Virus record (IMG/VR): IMGVR_UViG_3300034631_000008
Location: 1 to 53,010 of that record
From: a virus
Lineage: Duplodnaviria > Caudoviricetes
DNA length: 53,010 nucleotides
Direction: 5' to 3' (one strand)
In this document: positions 8,916 through 19,162 of the stretch, piece after piece
Layout: every line of letters begins with the position of its first letter
Position numbering within the stretch: position 1 is the stretch's first letter
Made by a program: the position numbers and the translations under genes
The notes under the pieces: model-generated
The model's input: the letters and a program-made list of their open reading frames with translations, nothing else
Database searches by the model: none
Told to the model about the DNA's origin: nothing

Positions 8916-9620
8916 TTAGACGCAGGCGAATGGATCGACGAAGGTCGGGCAGAACCATTGGCTGCCATCGCAGAAGCCGCCCCAGCCTGCGCCGAAGCCG
9001 GCAGATAGACCGGAGCCCCGGTGGACGTATCGCGCTACGCCGGGGGCGAACGGCAGCACCCGAAACGCCAGCGGCAGTTCCATTTCTTCGCGATTGGTAA
9101 GTTCGCGGCCAAGGCCGACAGCGGCGCGGCCGGTACCCATGTTCACAGCGAAGGCAGTTGACCCCCAGATGTCACGCGCCGCTGTCTGGAGGTCGTCGAT
9201 CGCGTAGCGCTGAAGCGCTTGGTAGCGCCGGGCCTTTATGAACCCGCGATAGACGACATCGTCATCGAGACAGATGTCGCCTGAGCCTGCCGCGCGACAG
9301 TTCGACCAGACGCCTTCCTCGCAGAATCCGATGATGACCTGATTTGGCTCCGTTGTATCGCAGGCGAAGCCGAAGACCGGCGGGGAAACACAGACACAGT
9401 GGCATCGCGGCCAGCCGAGCCGCTTGCCCAGGAGGGTGAGCTGATCGCCGATTGCGGTATCGATATCGAAGAACGACGGGATGCTGTCGATCTGGACCGC
9501 GACGTCCGCGATATTCCCGATGTCGTACCGGATCACTCCGAGGAGGTTTGGGCTCTCCCGGTACTGCGTGAGGATCCTGTCGATCGCGGTCTCTACGAAG
9601 ATGTCACGGTTCAAGGACAT
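8916..9620 (-). CDS. Baseplate wedge protein (DUF2612-like)
   Basis: QYRESPNL, FDIDTAIGDQL, LDDDVYR. Confidence 0.82.
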   Translation of the reverse strand: MSLNRDIFVETAIDRILTQYRESPNLLGVIRYDIGNIADVAVQIDSIPSFFDIDTAIGDQLTLLGKRLGWPRCHCVCVSPPVFGFACDTTEPNQVIIGFCEEGVWSNCRAAGSGDICLDDDVVYRGFIKARRYQALQRYAIDDLQTAARDIWGSTAFAVNMGTGRAAVGLGRELTNREEMELPLAFRVLPFAPGVARYVHRGSGLSAGFGAGWGGFCDGSQWFCPTFVDPFACV

Positions 9621-10503
9621 TGATCGTCACGTTCGCGAGGATGATCAGGGGGATTTCGCCGAACCCGAAGGTGAGCGGCAGCGCCGCGACGGCATCGTCA
9701 TTCTTCGCACATCTCACCGCCACGACCTCGACATTGGGCTTCGTGCAAAGCGCCTGAGAAATGATGTGCCGGGTCAGGGTGATCCCGTTGCGCGGCCGCC
9801 GCGCGCCGGTGAGGTTCAGGACCAGTTCCTCGGCGATGGCCTGCGTCGGATCAGGCGGGCAGCCGCCGGCATCGGGCCACTTGTAGATGTCGACCTCGAG
9901 CCTCGTCGGGACCTCCACCGGCCGATGGATGTGGATGGTACGGCAGAAGCCGTTGATCTCGGTCTCGACCCTCGTGTTGCCATAGGATGTGATCCCGGGG
10001 ACGATGTAGCGGCGGGCCGCCAATGCGACATCCTCGTCGGCGCCGCCCAGTGCCGCGACCGAGACGGAATGCGCATCGAGGCCGTTCTCATCGGTCACGG
10101 TGCCGTCGTTGGTGTAGATCTTCGCCCAGGTGACGCCGGGCAGGCCAATCACGGCTCGGTAGAAGTCAGCGTCCCGGGTGTTGGCGATCCCGACATTCGT
10201 GATGGCCTGAGCCAGGTCGGCATCGGTCTCGCCTGGCTGACGAGTGATCAACCGGAGCGCGGCAAGGCGATCAAGCGGAGTGCCTTCCGACTGGTTCGGG
10301 TCATAGGACTGATAGGCCGAAAGAGCGACTTCCCAGAGCACACGCTCGCGTTCTGCCCGCAGCCCGTTCAACTGCCCCATCGGCGACTGCGGCGTCTGGA
10401 TGAGCCCCGGGCCGAAGATAGCGACGTTCTGCTGCTCGATGTCGTTGAGGATCTCCGCCAGCGTCGGGAGGATGAAGCCGGTGGGCTGGACGCCAAGAGC
10501 CAT
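9604..10503 (-). CDS. Baseplate J-like protein
   Basis: PQSPMGQLNG, G..LDRL, ETDADL; synteny. Confidence 0.8.
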   Translation of the reverse strand: MALGVQPTGFILPTLAEILNDIEQQNVAIFGPGLIQTPQSPMGQLNGLRAERERVLWEVALSAYQSYDPNQSEGTPLDRLAALRLITRQPGETDADLAQAITNVGIANTRDADFYRAVIGLPGVTWAKIYTNDGTVTDENGLDAHSVSVAALGGADEDVALAARRYIVPGITSYGNTRVETEINGFCRTIHIHRPVEVPTRLEVDIYKWPDAGGCPPDPTQAIAEELVLNLTGARRPRNGITLTRHIISQALCTKPNVEVVAVRCAKNDDAVAALPLTFGFGEIPLIILANVTINVLEP

Positions 10504-10877
10504 TAGACGGTCGCCTCTTCATCGTATTCGGTCGCGAGCGTGGCGCGGGTGACGTTGATGCCGCGGACCGTCCGGCTGTAGCTGAGGGAGAAGGCCTCGA
10601 TCCCGGTCACGCCGTCCGTCTCGATCAGTTCCTTCTTGATCACGCTCTCGGCGAGCGCCGCATCGAACTGCCGCCCCATGATCTGCTCCAGCCACGGCAC
10701 GCCGCAGGTCGTGTCGAGAAACCATTCTCCGAAGAACGTCATGGTTCGCTGGCGCGCATGCTGTCCGACGGCCTCGGCGTCGGTCACCATGTCGAGGTTG
10801 CCGTCGTCGGTGACGGCGAGGTCGTGGATGCCGTTCTCGTTCGGGCGGAGAGCGAGCGCGATGCGGGAGATGGTCAT
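10503..10877 (-). CDS. Baseplate wedge/sheath initiator (gp25/gp46-like)
   Basis: EAVGQ...GEWFLDTTCGVPW. Confidence 0.8.
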   Translation of the reverse strand: MTISRIALALRPNENGIHDLAVTDDGNLDMVTDAEAVGQHARQRTMTFFGEWFLDTTCGVPWLEQIMGRQFDAALAESVIKKELIETDGVTGIEAFSLSYSRTVRGINVTRATLATEYDEEATV

Positions 10878-11542
10878 AGCGCCATGGCCTCCAGCTTGTC
10901 GGCGATGGCCATCAGCGCGGCGCGGTTCTGCAGCGCGTGGCCGGTGCCCTTCGACGAGCCATAGGCGATCGACAGTTGGTCCTCGGCGATCAGGCGAATG
11001 GCTGTTGCCAGGAGCACGTAGATGTTCCCCTCCGAGCCCTCGATCGCGAACTTGCCGTCCGCCGAGCCCCTGACGCCGTACTGCCCCGCCTCGTCGAACC
11101 GGACGTGCGTGTTCTGGTCATCAAAGTTTTGGATCGGCGAGGACACGCTGTCGCCGCCGACGATCGTGGCCCGCATGTCCGACAGGTTGAACGACCGCTC
11201 CGTCCCGACCTCGAACGTCCCGCCGCTCTCGTCGTAATTGCTGGTGTCCCGCATCTGCGGCGTCAGCCGGACGCGGTCACCCACATTCACCGGCGCCGTG
11301 ATGGCCCCGGACCCGGCGCGGGGGAACTCGACCGGCACGTCCAGCAGATCGGTGACCTGCGTCGGCACGCCGTTGAGCCGCTTCTTGTAGAAGGGCCGGA
11401 CTGTTGCCGTCTGCCGCTGGGGATCGAACGAGACGATCTCGCCGTCCATCGGTCCCCACATGTCCTCCCGCTCGGAAAGGACGATCTGGCGGACCGTGTC
11501 CTCGAAGGAGGTGTTCGTCTTGTCCGGATGGCCGAAACCCAT
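10874..11542 (-). CDS. Baseplate central spike (Gp138-like)
   Basis: IVSFDP..QTATVRP, DVPVEFP, RSFNLSD. Confidence 0.8.
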   Translation of the reverse strand: MGFGHPDKTNTSFEDTVRQIVLSEREDMWGPMDGEIVSFDPQRQTATVRPFYKKRLNGVPTQVTDLLDVPVEFPRAGSGAITAPVNVGDRVRLTPQMRDTSNYDESGGTFEVGTERSFNLSDMRATIVGGDSVSSPIQNFDDQNTHVRFDEAGQYGVRGSADGKFAIEGSEGNIYVLLATAIRLIAEDQLSIAYGSSKGTGHALQNRAALMAIADKLEAMAL

Positions 11543-11545
11543 GGC

Positions 11546-12466
11546 TCAGTTCTCCGGTCGCGGTGTCGGGATCGGCGGACGGGCCGGGCCTTCATCGACC
11601 TTCTTGCCGGTGATGCTCTCGGCCGAGATCGAGACCTTGAAGTCGCCGTTCCGGTTGTTCCCCGCATAGGTGCAGGACCCGACGCGGTAGACCCCGCCTT
11701 CCGAGTTCATCTCCAGCACGTCGCTCTCGATCCGCACCCGCCGGCCGGGCCGGATGTCCGGCGCCATCATGCAATCGACCTTGACCCCGGCATCGGTGAT
11801 CGTGGGAACGCCGATCAGGCCCGTCTCCGGCGTCAGGAGCGTCAGCCCGCCAAGATAGCCGTCGACAGGGATCACCTCGAAAGTCTCGTTCTGGATCGAC
11901 GTGTGGAGCCCGTAAGACCGGCCAACACGATCCAGTTCCCGGACGCACGACCCGCACATCGAATAGGGCCGCTTGGTCGGCGGAAGGTCATCGAGCCCCT
12001 TCACCTCGCCGCGCGCGATCCCTTCCTTCTCCAGTTGCGCGCCGATGTCGTCGACGATGGTCCCGATCTCGGTCCCGGCCGGGTAGGTTTTATTGATCGT
12101 GGCGCGCCGGATCGCGGCATCGCCATCGCCGCACTGGACCGTGGTGATGATGTTGTCGCCGTCCCGCTTGTGCTCGACGTCCCGGAGGTTCCCGGCGAAG
12201 ATGATGCCGACGTTCGCTCCGCCCGACGGCGGGATGTAGCCGGCCTCCAGCACGATCCCGTCGAACTCCTTGCCCATGGCGTTGCGCGTTCCTTCGGCCA
12301 GGTTCCACACATCGATCAGCGCGGTGTTGGCCGAGCTCGACAGGCCCTTGCTCACCGAGAACTGGATCTGGATCTGCTCGTCGGTCTCGTCGCCCGGGTT
12401 GATGGTGTGGACGATCCGGCCGCCCTTCTTCATGATCAGCCGCGCCTTCCGAAGATAGAACTCCAT
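11546..12466 (-). CDS. Baseplate hub protein
   Basis: NTA.I.VWNL, LEAGY, IF.G, TGLIGVP. Confidence 0.8.
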   Translation of the reverse strand: MEFYLRKARLIMKKGGRIVHTINPGDETDEQIQIQFSVSKGLSSSANTALIDVWNLAEGTRNAMGKEFDGIVLEAGYIPPSGGANVGIIFAGNLRDVEHKRDGDNIITTVQCGDGDAAIRRATINKTYPAGTEIGTIVDDIGAQLEKEGIARGEVKGLDDLPPTKRPYSMCGSCVRELDRVGRSYGLHTSIQNETFEVIPVDGYLGGLTLLTPETGLIGVPTITDAGVKVDCMMAPDIRPGRRVRIESDVLEMNSEGGVYRVGSCTYAGNNRNGDFKVSISAESITGKKVDEGPARPPIPTPRPEN

Positions 12467-12804
12467 CAGGCCCCCCGCACCGCCACTGCTGCGGCGATGT
12501 CGGCATCGGTGAAGTGGTAGAGCCGCACCACGCCGTTCGGCAGTTCTGTCCGGCCCGGCTCAGCCGTCCCGCCTTCCTGCGCCGGCGAGGCGACGAGATG
12601 CCCGAGCCCGAAATCGAACGTGGCGAGCAGGTCGACCCCCAGCACGATGCGCCGGCCGTGCAGAACCGGCTCATCGTCGATCGACAGATCCATCGACCAG
12701 CGGTTCGAAAATGGCGCATAGCGAAGCCGGAACGTGGCGCGCCGGTTCAGTAGGATGACGGAGAACTCTTGATCCGCCGCGTCGATCACCGGAAGCTCGA
12801 TCAT
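12466..12804 (-). CDS. Small baseplate protein
   Basis: RLRY...RWSMDL...GRRIVLGVDLL; synteny. Confidence 0.75.
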   Translation of the reverse strand: MIELPVIDAADQEFSVILLNRRATFRLRYAPFSNRWSMDLSIDDEPVLHGRRIVLGVDLLATFDFGLGHLVASPAQEGGTAEPGRTELPNGVVRLYHFTDADIAAAVAVRGA

Positions 12805-13415
12805 CACTGGCTCCACTGGTAGAGCAGCGACGAGCCCCGGCCGCTATCGGTAGGGACCGACGTGGAGCGCGCATCGCCACGGTTCACCGTTCCCGCTGCC
12901 CGATCGACCGTAGCCGAGCCAGATGCGCGAGAAGCGGACGGGGGAGCCGCACGACGTGAATTCGCCCCACCGGGCTTGTTCGGTCCGCCCGACGCCGCCG
13001 CGCTTCCCTGTCGCCCGCCCTCGCCCGCTCTGGACGTGTCGCCCGGAACGGATGCCGATGAGACGATCAGCACCTTCTGGAATTCGACCCGGCCCCGGAA
13101 CACCCGGCTGAACTCGCTGGTCCGCTCCGGTGCGATCCGCTTGATCAGCAGATCGGTGTGGACATCGAAGCCGGAGACTACGGTGAAGGGGATGCGAGCC
13201 GCCTGCCACGCCTTGAGCGCCTGCCAAGTCACCGCCGCGCTCGGCGTCACGATGTCCCAGACGAGCGTCTCCGGCTCCATGTGGGCATGATCGGTGGCGA
13301 CCGCTCCCGATTCCAACGGGATCTCCGTGATCGACAGGACGCTCTCCGGCCGCTCGCTTTCCACCACTGCGATCGGCACCGGCCCGATGGCGCGGGAGAA
13401 GAGGATCGCACTCAT
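12804..13415 (-). CDS. Dit-like / tail tube initiator protein
   Basis: ITEIPLESGA..TDH motif after tape measure. Confidence 0.75.
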   Translation of the reverse strand: MSAILFSRAIGPVPIAVVESERPESVLSITEIPLESGAVATDHAHMEPETLVWDIVTPSAAVTWQALKAWQAARIPFTVVSGFDVHTDLLIKRIAPERTSEFSRVFRGRVEFQKVLIVSSASVPGDTSRAGEGGRQGSAAASGGPNKPGGANSRRAAPPSASRASGSATVDRAAGTVNRGDARSTSVPTDSGRGSSLLYQWSQ

Positions 13416-15754
13416 GGGGCCGCTGCCGGCTGGACTACCTGAGGCCGAGACTGGACCGGGCCGGCTGCCCTGGCGCCTGCCAGGGTCTGAAGGGAGCGGA
13501 GGCGTGCCTCTGCCCGATCTGCTGCGGCCATCCACTGGCTGACGTCGAGCGTAGCCGTTGCGTTGATGCCGCGCGAAAGGTCGGCCTGGATCGCCAGCGC
13601 CTGGTTGGCCGGCGCCATGAACCCGGTGATGTCCAACAGGGCCTTTGCCGTCGCCGTCATGTTGCTGATCGACGCGATGATCTCGCCGATCCGGGTTGCC
13701 GCGGCGACACTGTCTTCCTCGCTCACACCGTATTCGACCCGCAGGCCTTCGGCGTTCTGCCGGCCATCGCGGACCAGTTGCGCCTCAGGCGTATAGGAAA
13801 GCGGCTCTCGCGATGCCGTCTCCATCACCGCGGCACGGACTTGATCCAGCTTTGCGACGATCGGACCGACGACTTCGGTAACAGTACCGGCGAGGCCGGC
13901 AGAAGGAGGCGTGGGCGCAGCATTGACGACCGGCGCAGGGGGCCTTGGATCGACAGGCCCCGTTGCGGGAGCCGTCGACCTCGACCCCGTGATGACATCG
14001 GTCGCCATGCCAAGCTTGCCTGCCAGCCAGTCGGCAGCTGCACTGGTCTTGGCGGCAGCTTCCCGCAGCTGCGCCTCGTTGACCTCAACGACGATGGGAT
14101 CGCCCGTCGCCGGCGCCACGCGGCGACCTTCGGCATTCTGAGCCCGGAACTTCGCATCGAGCGCATCGTCGGTGTATGCGCGTGGGGTTTCCGGCGTGCG
14201 GGTCGCCACTCCCGTCGAGCCAAGCGAACCCTCCGGGATAGGTTCTGCCACCTGCTCCGGACCGATGAAGCCGAAGCGCGTCAGCGCACCGCCGAGCTTC
14301 TGGTCGATCGCAGCAACGAGCCGGTCGATCTGGGCGATGGCTGCGCTCACGAAGCGCTCCCATGCCGCTTCCGGGTTGTTCAGCACCTCGCCGATGGCGT
14401 TGAGCGCCGTCGTGATCTGCTGGATCGTGTCCGCCATCTCGTTGAGGAAGCGGACGATCTCCGTCGATGCAAAACCCTTGGCAGATCGGGTGAAGGCGTC
14501 GAGCGGGTTCTCGCCGGCAAGCTGGCTGATGCCGAGAATGCCGTTGATCGCGTCGGCCACGCCATTCGCGCCGTCGACCATCTCTTTGAACGAGGCGTTG
14601 ATCCGGTCGATGGCCTCCTGGCCACCCTCCAGCGTCCCGATGATGCTGTCGTCGCCGTTGAGCGCCGAAAGCAGGTCGTCGATGACGAGCAGGCCCGCGA
14701 TCATCGGTACGCGACGCGCGACTGCCATCATTGCGCGGCGGCCGAAGGCAGAGGTCGCCAACAGACCGGCACCGAGACCGATTGCCGTTGTCGCCTTGCC
14801 GAGCCCGTTGACGCGGGCAATCAGGCTGACCACACCGTCGGCGGCATAGTAGAAGCCGCGACCGATCCGGTAGGCCTGCGTCGCGAGATGCGACACCGTG
14901 TTGATGCTGCCGATCAGCCCGTCCGAGATGCCTTTGGCGACGTTGGCGACGAGCCCGCTCTCGAACGCCTGGTTCGTGAAGTCGAGAACGCCCTGCATCC
15001 GGCGCTTGATGTCGTCGTAGTAGCCGGCGTCCCCGATCTCGCGCAGAAACTCGGTCCAGCTGTCGGACAGGTTCGACGTCATGCCGACCCATGTCTTCGA
15101 CTGCTCGTCCATCGCGCCACTGAACCGGCCGAAGATGTCCATCAGCGCCGACTGGATCTCGACGGCGTCCTTCTTCACCGTCCGGGTGAGCGCCTTGCCG
15201 TTCTCCGTCCAGCTGTAGGTGATGTTGTCGCCTTCGGCCGCCGCCCGGATGCCGAACTCCTTCAGGCGTTCGTTCTCGCCCGTGACCGCGTCAGCGATCG
15301 CCTCGACGCCCTGCATCAGGGACTTGCCCATGGCGGACGCCGCGTCGCCGACGGTCCGGAGCGATCCGTCCATCGGGTCGATGCCGTAGGACTTCAGCCG
15401 GACGAAGGCCTCGGTGACCTGGCCAGCCTCATAGGGCGTGGTGCGGCCGAATTCGGTGATCCACTCCATCGACCGGCGCGCCTCCTCGGCCGATCCGGTG
15501 ATGGTCTTCAGGGTGGCCTCGTAGGTCTCGAACTGCGCGTTGACGGTCGCGATCGAGGCGACGAAATTGCCGGCCATCCGCCCCAGCTGCAGCCCGCCGA
15601 ACGCGGCCGCAGCGACACCCGCCAGTTTCGTGAGGCTGGATGCGAATCCCTTGGCGCCCCGTTCGGCACCCTTCATGCCCTGCTCGAATTTGCGGAGATC
15701 ACCCTCGCCGCGCAGATCAAAGCCGAGGATGGCGATAAGCTCGTCGACGATCAT
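13412..15754 (-). CDS. Tape measure protein
   Basis: MIVDELIAILGF start, TPYE..QV, ERLKEFGI, Ala-rich. Confidence 0.9.
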   Translation of the reverse strand: MIVDELIAILGFDLRGEGDLRKFEQGMKGAERGAKGFASSLTKLAGVAAAAFGGLQLGRMAGNFVASIATVNAQFETYEATLKTITGSAEEARRSMEWITEFGRTTPYEAGQVTEAFVRLKSYGIDPMDGSLRTVGDAASAMGKSLMQGVEAIADAVTGENERLKEFGIRAAAEGDNITYSWTENGKALTRTVKKDAVEIQSALMDIFGRFSGAMDEQSKTWVGMTSNLSDSWTEFLREIGDAGYYDDIKRRMQGVLDFTNQAFESGLVANVAKGISDGLIGSINTVSHLATQAYRIGRGFYYAADGVVSLIARVNGLGKATTAIGLGAGLLATSAFGRRAMMAVARRVPMIAGLLVIDDLLSALNGDDSIIGTLEGGQEAIDRINASFKEMVDGANGVADAINGILGISQLAGENPLDAFTRSAKGFASTEIVRFLNEMADTIQQITTALNAIGEVLNNPEAAWERFVSAAIAQIDRLVAAIDQKLGGALTRFGFIGPEQVAEPIPEGSLGSTGVATRTPETPRAYTDDALDAKFRAQNAEGRRVAPATGDPIVVEVNEAQLREAAAKTSAAADWLAGKLGMATDVITGSRSTAPATGPVDPRPPAPVVNAAPTPPSAGLAGTVTEVVGPIVAKLDQVRAAVMETASREPLSYTPEAQLVRDGRQNAEGLRVEYGVSEEDSVAAATRIGEIIASISNMTATAKALLDITGFMAPANQALAIQADLSRGINATATLDVSQWMAAADRAEARLRSLQTLAGARAAGPVQSRPQVVQPAAAP

Positions 15755-15813
15755 GCGTTGCACCTTGCGGGCCGGGCGCCGATATTCCGGCTGTTCTGAC
15801 GGGAGACGAGAAA

Positions 15814-16122
15814 ATGCGAAGACTGATCACCGCTGCCGCGATGCTGGCTTCGACCGCGGCACATGCCGGCTGGCAGGAAACAGCGATCCAGGAAATCGAG
15901 GCAGAGCCGAAGGTGGTCGAGGCCATGTTCCAGAACGGCGGCCGCGTCCTGTGGGTGTCGATGCAGGACGACGGGACGTCGCGTGACGGCTTCGCCGACT
16001 ATCTGTGCCTGATCCTGTCGGAAGCTGGCCGTCCGGAGGATCAAGGCGTGACGGTTCGCATCTGGGATGCTTCCGTGATGCGCGACGAACTCCGCCAGAT
16101 CGGCGAGGGCCGCTGCGGCTAA
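15814..16122 (+). CDS. Small exported protein (antisense moron)
   Basis: Signal peptide ending AHA, two Cys, GGAG RBS. Confidence 0.7.
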   Translation: MRRLITAAAMLASTAAHAGWQETAIQEIEAEPKVVEAMFQNGGRVLWVSMQDDGTSRDGFADYLCLILSEAGRPEDQGVTVRIWDASVMRDELRQIGEGRCG

Positions 16123-16355
16123 TCCCGCCGGGCGCGCTCCTGCATCGCTTCCTTCAGATCCAGCGCCTCGTGCATATCGAGCAGATCGGTCAGCGTGACC
16201 CACTCGTTCATGTCGCGGAGCATGCACATCGGCGGCTCTGCCAGGATCGGCCGCCAGAGCCAGAGGTTGAGGTTCGGCGCTATGCGCCGGACTTCCCTCT
16301 CGCCAAGGCTGCGGCCCCCTTCTTGGCGCTCATACTGCCCATGAGGCCGGAGATA
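16119..16355 (-). CDS. Tail assembly chaperone gpT part, reached by -1 frameshift
   Basis: Open -1 frame after C CCT TTT: ...WLWRPIL...TLTDLLDMHEALD. Confidence 0.75.
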   Translation of the reverse strand, partial: YLRPHGQYERQEGGRSLGEREVRRIAPNLNLWLWRPILAEPPMCMLRDMNEWVTLTDLLDMHEALDLKEAMQERARRD

Positions 16356-16792
16356 AAAGGGCCGAGGACTTCCTTCAGCACGAAGCCGACGACCTCGTAG
16401 AGCCCGGTCGGGTCGGTCGAGAACTCGGTGTCGATGTCGGCCTGTTCATAGGACCCGTTCGCCGCCTTGACCTCGGCCATGGCGACCATGTCGGCGAGGA
16501 AGGACACGCCGGCATCGGGCTTCATGTTGCCGAGGATGCCCATGACAACGCCGATGATCTGGCTGTTCGCCGCCGAGAGCTTGGCCATATCCTCATCGGT
16601 GATCGAGGGCGCATTCTGCCCCTGATACCTGGACTGGATCGCCGAGGCCGACTGCATGGCCTCGATCGCCTTGGGAAGCTCGGCCGCCGAGCCGCCCAGG
16701 AGGTTCATGACGCGGAACTGCAGAGCCAGTGCCTCTCGAGCGAGCGGCTGCTGGACGCGAAACAGGCGCCCCGCGATCTTCTTCTCAGCCAT
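16280..16792 (-). CDS. Tail assembly chaperone (gpG-like)
   Basis: Between tube and tape measure; slippery site near 3' end. Confidence 0.8.
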   Translation of the reverse strand: MAEKKIAGRLFRVQQPLAREALALQFRVMNLLGGSAAELPKAIEAMQSASAIQSRYQGQNAPSITDEDMAKLSAANSQIIGVVMGILGNMKPDAGVSFLADMVAMAEVKAANGSYEQADIDTEFSTDPTGLYEVVGFVLKEVLGPFISGLMGSMSAKKGAAALARGKSGA

Positions 16793-16795
16793 CGG

Positions 16796-17233
16796 TTATG
16801 CCCTCGGGATGCGGTGCTGGAAGTTGCCCGTCCAAAGCACCCACGTCCGCACCGATGCGTTGGTGCCCTGCTGGACGCCGGGCGCCTGCATGATCATCGC
16901 CCGATCACAGGCGCCGCCCTCGTTGCTGTCCCCATCGCGGAAGGTCAGCGGGATGCCGGCGAGATTGCCGCCGCGCTGGCGGGCGAGCTGCTGGTGCAGG
17001 AGATTATGGAGCGGGGACCGATGCTGCACCCGGAGCGTGATCCGAGCCGAGTTGTTGACCGCCTGGGAGAAGATCGAAGATCCATCCGCCCCGACGACGC
17101 CGGTGCCGATGTCGGCACCCTCCTCGACGGTGATGGTGTCGTCGCCTTCCCAGAAACCGACCATGTCTCGACCGTTCAGCGTTCCGGTCACATTGCCGAA
17201 GCTGTAGGTCGTCTGAAGCGAAGAGCGCGCCAT
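16796..17233 (-). CDS. Tail tube protein (DUF3277-like)
   Basis: TYSF, VGADG, ITL...SP, RTW. Confidence 0.82.
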   Translation of the reverse strand: MARSSLQTTYSFGNVTGTLNGRDMVGFWEGDDTITVEEGADIGTGVVGADGSSIFSQAVNNSARITLRVQHRSPLHNLLHQQLARQRGGNLAGIPLTFRDGDSNEGGACDRAMIMQAPGVQQGTNASVRTWVLWTGNFQHRIPRA

Positions 17234-17257
17234 TTTTATAGAACCCCATCGTTATGA

Positions 17258-17266
17258 TGTTATAAT
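17258..17266 (+). promoter_or_regulatory. Extended -10 promoter for HNH gene
   Basis: TGTTATAAT in AT-rich patch ~35 nt before the ATG. Confidence 0.6.
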
Positions 17267-17300
17267 TTTCTGGCACCAACCTCAGCGAAGGTCGAATGCC

Positions 17301-18005
17301 ATGGATGTGCCAATGCCCAAGCACTCAGGCTTCAAGGATCATTCGGGGCGCACCTTTGGCCGATGGACCGTGAAGTCCTACGCAGGCGTTCGGGGTGTGC
17401 ACCATTACTGGATGTGTTCGTGTGCGTGCGGGACAGAGAGACCGGTTAACGCCGGCAGTCTCAGCAAGGGCGTAAGCAAGTCCTGCGGCTGCTTGGCCAA
17501 GGAGCAGATATCGGAGCGACTCCTGACGGATCGAACAGGACAGCGCTTTGGCAGGCTGACGGTAGTATCCCGGACCTTAAACAGGGGCGGGCAGACCGTG
17601 TGGCTATGCTCTTGCGACTGTGGAAACACTGCCGAGGTTTCCGGCAGCGCCTTGCAGAGTGGGAATACACGCTCCTGCGGATGCCTCCGCAACGAGAGGA
17701 CCCGCCAGCGCCGGTCGACGCATCGACAGACAAAAACGCCGGAATGGAATTGCTGGTGCGCTATACGGAAGCGATGCCATAACGAGAATGATGCCGCTTA
17801 TGCCTACTACGGCGGGCGCGGCATCAAGGTCTGTGACCGGTGGCAAGAAAACTTTGCAGCCTTCTATGCCGACATGGGGCCGCGTCCTTCTCCTGACCAT
17901 TCCATCGACCGCATCGACAATGATGGCGACTACGAGCCCGGCAACTGTCGATGGGCGACGAAGAGCCAGCAGGCATTCAATCGCCGCGCCAAGGGCACCC
18001 GCTAG
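17301..18005 (+). CDS. Free-standing HNH homing endonuclease
   Basis: Two G.RFGR...W.C.C.CG...SCGC repeats; YGGRGI.VC.RW; SIDRIDNDGDYEPGNCRWAT. Confidence 0.9.
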   Translation: MDVPMPKHSGFKDHSGRTFGRWTVKSYAGVRGVHHYWMCSCACGTERPVNAGSLSKGVSKSCGCLAKEQISERLLTDRTGQRFGRLTVVSRTLNRGGQTVWLCSCDCGNTAEVSGSALQSGNTRSCGCLRNERTRQRRSTHRQTKTPEWNCWCAIRKRCHNENDAAYAYYGGRGIKVCDRWQENFAAFYADMGPRPSPDHSIDRIDNDGDYEPGNCRWATKSQQAFNRRAKGTR

Positions 18006-19162
18006 AAGCGCATGGTGATCGAAATCGTGGCGAAGTGGACAGCGCCGGCGTAGCGGAAGTTGACCTGCACGGCGGGCGCGATGCGCGCCTTGCGCTGCGC
18101 TGCCGAGATGGCGTCCACGTCGCCCGGCGTGACGGTGAAGGCCGGCACGAACTCGCCGTTCTCGTCCTCGTAGTCGGCGACGATGCCGGCGCGACGCGCG
18201 CGGACCATGACGGCCTCCGCGGCACCGGCGAGAATGCGCATTCCGTTCGGGTCCATCGCGATGCGCTTGTTGTTCAGCAGCGCGGCGAAGATCTCCTCCT
18301 CCATCCGCGCCGACAGCCAGTCGCCGGCATGGATCTCGTCGGTGAACACGTTCGCCGTCAGGGTCGAGCCCTCGACCACCAGGTTGACGCCCTTGGTGTC
18401 GACGTAAGTGTTGGCCAGATGGCCGGCCGTCGAGTTCTGGCCCAGCGCCGGGACAAATCCGGTGATGGCCTGAACGACAGCGGTGCCCTTGTTGATGCTG
18501 GAGAGACCGTTCAGCCGCTTGAACTTCCCGGTGTAGGCCGCGCCTTCCTCATCGAAGTTGAAGGTGCCCAGCTTGGCCGCGTAGGCGAAGCCCGGGTACT
18601 TCGTTGCGTCGGTGTGGTAGAAGACATTCGCGCGCTCGTAGGCGCCCTTGTGGCGAGCCGAGATGTTCGTCGCGTCACCGGCGTCCTCGTGCCCGTCGTC
18701 GTTGGACGTCAGCATCGCCTGCTTACGGCGCGGCTCGCACCACTCGATCACGGCATCGGAGCCGGGACCGTCGCGGAGCACGGCCTCGACATCAACCCAG
18801 TAGAAGCCGTCGTCGGCGTTCTCGATCGCGTCCAGCGCATCGGCGATGAAGGCTTTCTCGGCCGCCGCGTCTGCAGCGCCGGCAAAGCCCGTCGCATCGT
18901 ACCAGCCGGCCTTGACCTGCAGCGGCGCCGGGTTCTGGGCGAAGGCGAGACTGGCGGCCTCGTAGAACGGCTGGCCGGCATCGCAATCTACCGCGACCTC
19001 GGCCATGGAGCCGTAGGTGATGGTCAGGTTGTCGGCATCCAGCTTGCCGGCCACCGTGGTCGACGTGAGCAACAGCGCGACGCCGAAGCCCTCGATGCTG
19101 GGGAAGCGATCATCGCGCGTCAGGTTGACGTCGACGAACCGCGAAATGGGCAGCTTGGCCAT
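18002..19162 (-). CDS. Tail sheath protein (DUF3383-like)
   Basis: FAQNP.P, KFKRL.G, DEIH..DWL, RKARIAP, AGAVH. Confidence 0.88.
   Translation of the reverse strand: MAKLPISRFVDVNLTRDDRFPSIEGFGVALLLTSTTVAGKLDADNLTITYGSMAEVAVDCDAGQPFYEAASLAFAQNPAPLQVKAGWYDATGFAGAADAAAEKAFIADALDAIENADDGFYWVDVEAVLRDGPGSDAVIEWCEPRRKQAMLTSNDDGHEDAGDATNISARHKGAYERANVFYHTDATKYPGFAYAAKLGTFNFDEEGAAYTGKFKRLNGLSSINKGTAVVQAITGFVPALGQNSTAGHLANTYVDTKGVNLVVEGSTLTANVFTDEIHAGDWLSARMEEEIFAALLNNKRIAMDPNGMRILAGAAEAVMVRARRAGIVADYEDENGEFVPAFTVTPGDVDAISAAQRKARIAPAVQVNFRYAGAVHFATISITMRF

Noticed and set aside
17301-18005. Group I intron
   Set aside because: Flanking genes complete, HNH antisense, no room for a ribozyme core
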